Assembly: GCA_023398375.1 (NCBI GenBank)
Contig: JAEWSH010000133.1
Span: 244,260 to 308,259, forward strand
From: Bacillota bacterium
Lineage (GTDB): Bacteria; Bacillota; Clostridia; Lachnospirales; Lachnospiraceae
DNA: 64,000 nt
Direction of reading: 5' to 3'
Under the pieces are notes generated by a model. It saw only the letters and a list, made by a program, of their open reading frames with translations, did no database searches and was not told the origin of the DNA. A program made the translations under genes and the position numbers. This document shows, piece after piece, positions 8,443 through 15,428 of the stretch (position 1 is its first letter; the number at the start of each line of letters is the position of its first letter).

Positions 8443-9573
8443 ATGATTAACTTTAACGTACCACCGTATACAGGAAAAGAAATAGACTATATTAAGAAAG
8501 CGGTCGAAAATCAGAAAATATGTGGAGACGGCGAGTTCACCAAAAAATGCAATGCGTGGATAGAAGAAAGAACAGGTACGGTAAAGTGTCTGCTGACGAC
8601 CTCCTGTACGCATGCAACTGAATTGGCAGCATTACTGGCAGATATTCAGGAAGGCGATGAAGTGATCATGCCGGCATATACATTTGTTTCAACAGCAGAT
8701 GCCTTTGTTCTAAGAGGTGCAAAGGTGGTATTTGTGGATATCCGGCCGGACACTATGAATATTGATGAGAATCTGATCGAAGGTGCGATCACGGATAGGA
8801 CACGGGCAATCGTTCCGGTTCACTACGCAGGGGTATCCTGTGAAATGGACAAGATCATGGAGATTGCACATAAGTATAATCTTGTTGTCATAGAAGATGC
8901 GGCACAGGGTATTATGTCAACCTATAAAGGAAAGGCACTTGGAACAATTGGAGATTTTGGCTGTTTTAGTTTTCATGAGACAAAAAATTACAGTATGGGC
9001 GAAGGCGGCGCATTACTGATCAGAAATGAAGCGCATATTGAAGAGGCAGAAATCATTCGTGAAAAGGGAACGGATAGAAGCAAGTTCTACAGAGGACAGA
9101 TAGATAAGTATACATGGGTCAATTATGGTTCCTCTTATTTACCGAGTGATATGAACGCGGCTTACCTGTATGCACAGTTGGAGATGGCAGACGAGATCAA
9201 TGATGCAAGGCTTGCCTGCTGGAACCAGTATAACGAAGAATTACAGGGATTGAGACAAGCTGGAATCATAGAGCTTCCGGTGATACCTGAAGGATGCATA
9301 CATAATGCACACATGTTCTTTATTAAGGTAAAAGACCTGGAAGAAAGAAGCAGATTAATTGATTTTTCCAAAGAAAATGGCATATGGCCGGTATTTCATT
9401 ATATACCACTGCACACAGCTCCTGCCGGGAAAAAGTTCGGCCGTTTCCATGGAGAGGACGTATATACCACAAAGGAGAGCGAGAGACTTTTGAGACTGCC
9501 GATGTATTATGGTCTGCGATCAGAACAAGTGTCATATATCACAGGTAAAATAAAGGAATTCTATGCAAAGTAA
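8443..9573 (+). CDS. wecE: dTDP-4-amino-4,6-dideoxygalactose transaminase (WecE/RffA family)
   Basis: FNVPPYTGKEIDYIKKAV...ICGDGEFTKKC...EVIMPAYTFVSTADAFVLRGAKVVFVDIRPDTMNIDE is nearly colinear with E. coli WecE as I recall it. Confidence 0.85.
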   Translation: MINFNVPPYTGKEIDYIKKAVENQKICGDGEFTKKCNAWIEERTGTVKCLLTTSCTHATELAALLADIQEGDEVIMPAYTFVSTADAFVLRGAKVVFVDIRPDTMNIDENLIEGAITDRTRAIVPVHYAGVSCEMDKIMEIAHKYNLVVIEDAAQGIMSTYKGKALGTIGDFGCFSFHETKNYSMGEGGALLIRNEAHIEEAEIIREKGTDRSKFYRGQIDKYTWVNYGSSYLPSDMNAAYLYAQLEMADEINDARLACWNQYNEELQGLRQAGIIELPVIPEGCIHNAHMFFIKVKDLEERSRLIDFSKENGIWPVFHYIPLHTAPAGKKFGRFHGEDVYTTKESERLLRLPMYYGLRSEQVSYITGKIKEFYAK

Positions 9574-11338
9574 CAGGAAGAAAATTATCTCACAAAATCA
9601 AATAATAGCAGCGCTTTTTATCATTCTGCTAGGTATTTTAATTGCATTTCGTTATGATTATTATTATGATCTTAATGATGATCTGGTAATGAAAGATATT
9701 GTTGCAGGAGTCTATACCGGGACACCGGATGGTCATAATATCCAGATGTTATATCCGATCAGCTGGCTGATCAGTATAGGCTATCGGATGCTCAGGCCGA
9801 TACCCTGGTATGGAATTTTTATTGTGACTTGCCAATTTGGTTGTCTGTTTCTGATTGCGGGCAGGATTGCACGCTATTTTGGATCAGTATGGAGCAAGTG
9901 TGCGGCAGTCGCTGTAGAATTAGTTGTAGCAGGAGCATTTTTTCTTTATGAATTGGTGTTCACACAGTATACCGTTACGGCAGCACTGTTAGGAGCTACA
10001 GCGGCATTTCTGCTCTATACGACGGAACAGGAACTTCCCTGGAAAGATTTTATTAAACAGAATGTAATCAGTATCGTCATGGTGATTCTTGCCTATCAGA
10101 TACGAACGGAAATGCTCCTTCTGATATTTCCGGTCATTTGTGTAGTAGGAGTCTGTAAGTGGGCAAGGGAAGAACAGATATTTTCTAAAGATAGTTTTAA
10201 GAAATACATGATCCTGATCGGCGTCATTCTGATTGGCATGTTGATGAGTGAAGGCGCGAATAAAATAGCATATGGGAGTGAAGAATGGAAAAGTTTTCAA
10301 TCCCTTTTTGACAGCCGAACGGAATTATATGACTTTCAGTCCATTCCGAAATATGAGGAACATCAGGAATTTTATGAAAGTATCGGTTTAAAACAGAGCG
10401 AACAACAGTTGTTTGAAAATTATAACTTTGGATTTGATGAAAAGATCAATGAGCATACGATGAAAGCAGTCGCTGATTATGCAAAAGCAAATCAACGAAA
10501 TGGGCAGACATCAGAGAGTCATTTGAAAGAGAGCATAAAAACATATTTCTATATGGCCTTTCTAGAAAAAGATAAGCTGCCATGGAACCAAGTCCTTATT
10601 TTAGCGTATATTCTGGTATTATTACTCGCGTTGAGCGGCAGGCAATATTCTTTTTTATGGAAACTGCCATTCCTGGCGTGTGTAAGAAGCGTATTGTGGC
10701 TATACATTATCTATCATCATAGATATCCTCCTCGTATCACGCATTCTCTATATATTGTGGAACTATTGGTATTATGCGGGATGATGTTAGAATTGAGGAA
10801 AGAAGTACAAAAGAGTGATGGAAGTAAAGCAGTGTCAAGAATACTGGCAGAGGTTCCGTTTGCTATGATTTGTATCCTTTCTGTCCTATACTTATCATCC
10901 GGAATTAAATATGTCCAGACAGAATATGACAGGCGGGAAGCAGTGAATGAGGAATATCTTGCATTGCAGTCATACTGTGCAGAGCATGCGGATCAGATAT
11001 ATCTTCTGGATATCTATTCTACCGTGGCATATTCGGAGAAAATGTTTTATGGTGTCTCAAATCTGCTGGCTAATTATGAATATTTAGGCGGCTGGGTCAG
11101 TAAGAGCCCGGTAGATAGGAACAAATTAAAGGTATTGGGCATTTCTACGATAGAAGAAGCCGCATGCAGTCAAAATAATGTATATATTATCAGTCACCAT
11201 GTTAAGAGAGAGATTGACTGGCTTGATTTCTATCTGCAGGAACAGGGATATGCAAAGGAAGCAAAAAAAGTCGATGAGATCATAAATAAAGGGAATATAA
11301 GTTTTGACGTGTATCAGATAGTTGATATTGATATGTGA
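9563..11338 (+). CDS. Polytopic membrane protein with a C-terminal soluble domain (GT-C-like, unassigned family)
   Basis: 591 aa with multiple TM segments. Acidic first-loop motif YYDLNDDLVMKD. The start overlaps the wecE end by 11 nt. Confidence 0.35.
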   Translation: MQSNRKKIISQNQIIAALFIILLGILIAFRYDYYYDLNDDLVMKDIVAGVYTGTPDGHNIQMLYPISWLISIGYRMLRPIPWYGIFIVTCQFGCLFLIAGRIARYFGSVWSKCAAVAVELVVAGAFFLYELVFTQYTVTAALLGATAAFLLYTTEQELPWKDFIKQNVISIVMVILAYQIRTEMLLLIFPVICVVGVCKWAREEQIFSKDSFKKYMILIGVILIGMLMSEGANKIAYGSEEWKSFQSLFDSRTELYDFQSIPKYEEHQEFYESIGLKQSEQQLFENYNFGFDEKINEHTMKAVADYAKANQRNGQTSESHLKESIKTYFYMAFLEKDKLPWNQVLILAYILVLLLALSGRQYSFLWKLPFLACVRSVLWLYIIYHHRYPPRITHSLYIVELLVLCGMMLELRKEVQKSDGSKAVSRILAEVPFAMICILSVLYLSSGIKYVQTEYDRREAVNEEYLALQSYCAEHADQIYLLDIYSTVAYSEKMFYGVSNLLANYEYLGGWVSKSPVDRNKLKVLGISTIEEAACSQNNVYIISHHVKREIDWLDFYLQEQGYAKEAKKVDEIINKGNISFDVYQIVDIDM

Positions 11339-11390
11339 AGGGTTACAATTCGGAAGCTATAAGGCTGAATAGTAACAATGGAGGAAGGAT

Positions 11391-11909
11391 ATGTTAAAGG
11401 GAGAGTATATCTACTTAAGAAAAATGGAACGGTCAGATACAGATCATATCGTTAAATGGCGGAATGATGATGAAGTGCGCAGCCGCTTTATTTATCAGGG
11501 ATTGTTTACGCGGGAATCTCATTTGAACTGGATTAAGACAATGGTGGAAACAGGCAAAGTAGTTCAAATGATGATCTGTGAAAATGAGACTGATCGTCCG
11601 ATAGGATCGGCTTTTATCAGAGATATTGATCATGTGCATCATAAAGGGGAGTATGGATTGTTTATTGGAGAGTCATTTGCCAGAGGAAAAGGAATCGGAA
11701 GAGAAGTTACCCATCTGATGTTGGAATATGGACTGGGAGAACTGGGATTACACCGCATTTACTCACGCGTATTGGAAGATAATATAGTTTCTTTGAAAAG
11801 TGCATTACGCGGTGGCCTTGAACAAGAAGGAATCTGCATCGATGATGTGTGCATTGATGGAAGATATAAAAATGTGATCATGCTTGGTAAAGTAAGAAAA
11901 GAGAAATAA
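11391..11909 (+). CDS. GNAT N-acetyltransferase (RimJ/RimL-like); candidate sugar N-acetyltransferase (PseH- or WecD-type role)
   Basis: 172 aa. IGSAFI..H.KGEYGLFIGE...GKGIGREV is an acetyl-CoA-binding GNAT core. SD is GGAGGAAGG. Confidence 0.75.
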   Translation: MLKGEYIYLRKMERSDTDHIVKWRNDDEVRSRFIYQGLFTRESHLNWIKTMVETGKVVQMMICENETDRPIGSAFIRDIDHVHHKGEYGLFIGESFARGKGIGREVTHLMLEYGLGELGLHRIYSRVLEDNIVSLKSALRGGLEQEGICIDDVCIDGRYKNVIMLGKVRKEK

Positions 11910-11962
11910 GATATGGTAAGAATCGGATAGAACAGGATACCATTTGGAAGGGGTTTTATAAA

Positions 11963-12901
11963 ATGCAATTAGTTAGCTTTGTAATTCCGTGTTATCGTTC
12001 GGCACTCACAATAAAATCAGTGGTAGATGAAGTGATTACTACGATAGAGCCTATGCAGGAATATGAATATGAGATTATTCTGGTAAATGATGCCTCGCCG
12101 GATGATACATTTGACGTGATTCGTGATTTGTGTCAAAGCAATCATAAAATAAAGGGCATCGATCTTGCAAAAAATTTTGGACAACATGCAGCGCTTATGG
12201 CAGGATTCCACAGGTGTAAAGGTGATATAGTCGTGTGCCTTGATGACGATGGACAGACTCCGGCAGATGAAGTGGGTAAATTATTGGAAAAATTAGAGCA
12301 GGGTGCAGATGCCGTATATGCAAAATATCTGCATAAGAAGCATTCCATTTTTCGTAACCTTGGGAGCAGGACGAATGACCTCATGACGCAGTATATGCTT
12401 GGAAAACCGAAAGATTTACAGGTATCCAGTTATTTTGCCGTGCAAAGGTTTGTCGTAGAAGAGATGCTGCGATATGAAAATGCATATCCTTATGTCATAG
12501 GACTGGTACTGCGTTCTACAAAGAGAATCGAAAATGTGGTAGTACAGCATAGAGAAAGGGAAGTAGGAAGCTCCGGATATACATTAGGGAAGTTAATGGG
12601 ACTATGGTTCAATGGATTTACTGCTTTTTCTATTAAACCTTTACGTGTAGCGACAGTGATAGGTGCTATCTGTGCAGCAGCAGGATTTACATATGGCATT
12701 TATACGGTTATCAAAAGATTACTGAATCCCTTAGTACCTGCAGGATTCAGTTCTACGATGGCAGCCTTAATGTTTATTGGTGGTATGCTCATGCTCATGC
12801 TGGGACTGATCGGAGAATATGTCGGAAGAATTTATATCTGCATGAATAATGCACCACAATATGTGATCCGCGAGACTGTGAATGAAGAAGAGATTACGTA
12901 G
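11963..12901 (+). CDS. GT2 polyprenyl-phosphate glycosyltransferase (GtrB/ArnC/DPM1-like)
   Basis: SFVIPCYRS, ILVNDASPDDT, AKNFGQHAALMAGF, CLDDDGQTP, and two C-terminal TM segments ending in GLIGEYVGRIY. This is colinear with ArnC/GtrB. Confidence 0.85.
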   Translation: MQLVSFVIPCYRSALTIKSVVDEVITTIEPMQEYEYEIILVNDASPDDTFDVIRDLCQSNHKIKGIDLAKNFGQHAALMAGFHRCKGDIVVCLDDDGQTPADEVGKLLEKLEQGADAVYAKYLHKKHSIFRNLGSRTNDLMTQYMLGKPKDLQVSSYFAVQRFVVEEMLRYENAYPYVIGLVLRSTKRIENVVVQHREREVGSSGYTLGKLMGLWFNGFTAFSIKPLRVATVIGAICAAAGFTYGIYTVIKRLLNPLVPAGFSSTMAALMFIGGMLMLMLGLIGEYVGRIYICMNNAPQYVIRETVNEEEIT

Positions 12902-12924
12902 TATAATAGGGTCAGTTAATTAAT

Positions 12925-13172
12925 GCGCGCCCTTTTCATGTTTATGAGTTTATCACATTTTAGGATTATAAAAATAGCGTGAGAATTATTTTCCAACAGA
13001 AGACACGTTTGCACTCGATTGCCGCTCATAACGGTACATAAGTTCGTGACAGATTTTATCTGCCACGAACTAAGTACCGATGGCGTCAAAACGGTCTCTT
13101 TTTGGAATATAATTCACACGCTATTCTTTTTAAGTTATTGATGTGATAAACATTCTGGCTTTTTGAGGGCGC
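12925..13172. repeat. Element C: ~250-bp imperfect nested palindrome at the convergent gene junction
   Basis: Paired arms are GTTTATCACAT/ATGTGATAAAC, AATAGCGTGAGAATTAT/ATAATTCACACGCTATT and CCAACAGAAGACACGTTT/AAAACGGTCTCTTTTTGG. The core is GGTACATAAGTTCGTGACAG-ATTTTAT-CTGCCACGAACTAAGTACC. Confidence 0.75.
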
Positions 13173-13189
13173 TATTTCTACATTTACGA

Positions 13190-13229
13190 CAAAAAATAAA
13201 TCCCAAACTTTAAAAAGTAAGGGATTTAT
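13190..13229 (-). terminator. Weak hairpin + T-run downstream of the minus-strand GT-C gene
   Basis: On the - strand: ATAAATCCC, a 16-nt loop, GGGATTTAT, then TTTTTG. The stem is AT-rich and the loop is large. Confidence 0.3.
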
Positions 13230-13297
13230 ACAATAATTATACTACGGTTTAAGAGAGCACAGAGACATTGTAAGAATATTAGTCAAAATAAAGTATG

Positions 13298-15280
13298 CTA
13301 TTGAATCTGAAGTGGCAGCTCTGCTTTTGTTTTGCTGTCGGAATCGATGCATATGAATCTTGCAGAATCGATGTCCTGTAGTTCACTTTGTGGAATGATA
13401 AAGAGGACACCGCTGTTCAAGAGTTCTTTTTTTCCGCCATTCGCATCGACGACATCTGTACGTTCTACGATTTCGGGGCGGTAAGTATGATTGCCGGCAA
13501 TGATGAATATATCATCCCAACAGGAAACAGAAGCGGAGTTAAAGGCCCATCCGACCAGGACAAGTGAAGGTGTTCCCTGTACATCAGTTGTCATAGAATT
13601 ATCCAGAATGCCCTGTTCATTAACACCGGAATTCCAGGTATAATCCAGAATATCATTATTTGTGTCATAGCTTTCCCATGGACTGGTACAGACATAATAA
13701 TGTCCCGTCTGAACCATATCAAAATTATTTTTCTTTAATAATTCCAGATAATCAGTATCTTTGTCCTGAATAATATAATTGGCATTCAGATCAATCGTTT
13801 TCGGAAGATTGAAATCAAAGTTTTTGTATGCACTGGTCCATTCCCACAAATGTTCACTGTCTTCAATTTCCAGACGGTTATATTCATAAGGGGAGGTCAG
13901 AGTCGCCGATAAGTAATAGATATAAGTCTGATCCAGATTCCCGATGTAAGTAGTTTTAGCAGCTGTTTCTTTTGGAGCTTCAGTATTCAGGTATTCGAGT
14001 GGTTCATGAAGAGGATTATTGAATAATTGAATCAGATAAGTATCCTCTTTATAATCTTTAAAATAATAGCTCGCAAAGCTGAAGAAGGAGATCGCATAGG
14101 CGGTGATCAATATGCTTAAGGCTGCGTATGCAGATTTTATTGATTTTTTCTTCAGGAACTGATACACAACCAGGATACCGTCTAACAGAAGTATGAGGAG
14201 TGTGATAAATACTCCGTTCAGTGTATACGTACGTGTAGGCTGCTCAATTAAAAAACATCCCATAAATAGTTCTGTAAAAGTCCAAAGTGTAATAGGAAAA
14301 GCAGTATTCCATTCCCGCTTAAGGATGCTGGAAACAGAGAGCCTGATATGATGGGCCAGACCGATGAAAATAAAAGGGACAGAAAAAGCATACATGGTAT
14401 GATATTTCGGAATGGTATCAAAGAGCAGGTGATCGTGGAAAAATACTCCCTTAAATACATTTACTGCATTTGTAAAGAAAGAGCTTAAGACGAATTCTTC
14501 ACCCCGATAGCGATACATTTTTGTTACGGTCAAAAACCCCAGTCTGATTTCTGATAAATTGAACATATTGACGATCTGCTCTAAAACTAGCGGCAATCCC
14601 AATACAGTAAGTGGTATTACAAAGGCAAAAAATTGTTTCCAGGTGATCTTATGTGTTCTTATCATATAGAGTATCATTCCAAAAAGGAAGATCGGTAAGA
14701 TAAAATAGCTAAGTGCATACGTATATAGCACAAGTCCGCATAACAATCCGCTTATCAGATAACGTTTTACGGAAGGTTTCTCAATCGCGGAAAAGAGAGA
14801 ATAGAGAAAGGCAGTTGAAAGTCCTAACATCAGGTTACAGTCGAAACCCATCCTGTGTAAGGTGGTAAAAATAGGGCAGACTGTATATAAAGCTGTAAAT
14901 GCAAGGATCAGGTTCATATTTTTTCCGTATTTCAAGCAAATGATCTTTATGCCAAAGAAAAGCGTCAGACAGGAAAATAATGCGATCGGAATCCGTATGG
15001 TCAGAATGGTTAACGGAAATCCCAATTTAATCAGTATCGCACATAAATACGTGTATAATGCACTTTGACCATCACAGTAATTAATAAAATATACCGGAAA
15101 ACTTTTTAAGAATCGGTCAACACCGAAGTTTGCAATACACCAGGCGTCGTATCCGGTTCCCATCTCATCTACATTAATACCATAGGGAATCTGAGCCAGC
15201 ATATAAAAGTGCATAAAAATATTAACAAGAAGTAATCCTGCAAGGAGAAATACTTTTTTAGGTTTGTTTATCTTTAACAT
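13298..15280 (-). CDS. GT-C family membrane glycosyltransferase (ArnT/PMT_2-like); the only minus-strand gene
   Basis: First-loop motif GINVDEMGTGYD, about 12 TM segments, and a C-terminal soluble ~250 aa. Start set at MLKINKPKK (ATG 15280), which has a GGAAAGAAAGGAA SD. Confidence 0.6.
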   Translation of the reverse strand: MLKINKPKKVFLLAGLLLVNIFMHFYMLAQIPYGINVDEMGTGYDAWCIANFGVDRFLKSFPVYFINYCDGQSALYTYLCAILIKLGFPLTILTIRIPIALFSCLTLFFGIKIICLKYGKNMNLILAFTALYTVCPIFTTLHRMGFDCNLMLGLSTAFLYSLFSAIEKPSVKRYLISGLLCGLVLYTYALSYFILPIFLFGMILYMIRTHKITWKQFFAFVIPLTVLGLPLVLEQIVNMFNLSEIRLGFLTVTKMYRYRGEEFVLSSFFTNAVNVFKGVFFHDHLLFDTIPKYHTMYAFSVPFIFIGLAHHIRLSVSSILKREWNTAFPITLWTFTELFMGCFLIEQPTRTYTLNGVFITLLILLLDGILVVYQFLKKKSIKSAYAALSILITAYAISFFSFASYYFKDYKEDTYLIQLFNNPLHEPLEYLNTEAPKETAAKTTYIGNLDQTYIYYLSATLTSPYEYNRLEIEDSEHLWEWTSAYKNFDFNLPKTIDLNANYIIQDKDTDYLELLKKNNFDMVQTGHYYVCTSPWESYDTNNDILDYTWNSGVNEQGILDNSMTTDVQGTPSLVLVGWAFNSASVSCWDDIFIIAGNHTYRPEIVERTDVVDANGGKKELLNSGVLFIIPQSELQDIDSARFICIDSDSKTKAELPLQIQ

Positions 15281-15364
15281 AGGTGGTTCCTTTCTTCCGT
15301 ACATCATAATAGTAACATTTTAATACATGAAAAGTAGATTAGCAATAGTGAACAAGTGTAGATA

Positions 15365-15393
15365 TTGTAACAATCTGAACAGTGTGTTATACT
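15365..15393 (+). promoter_or_regulatory. Sigma-A-type promoter with extended -10, in the divergent intergenic region
   Basis: TTGTAA (15365-15370), 17-nt spacer, TGtTATACT (15385-15393). It lies 36 nt before the TTG start at 15429. The same region read on the - strand gives TGtTACAAT. Confidence 0.45.
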
Positions 15394-15428
15394 ACAATTT
15401 AACATTTGAAAAATAAAGAGGGATTAAC

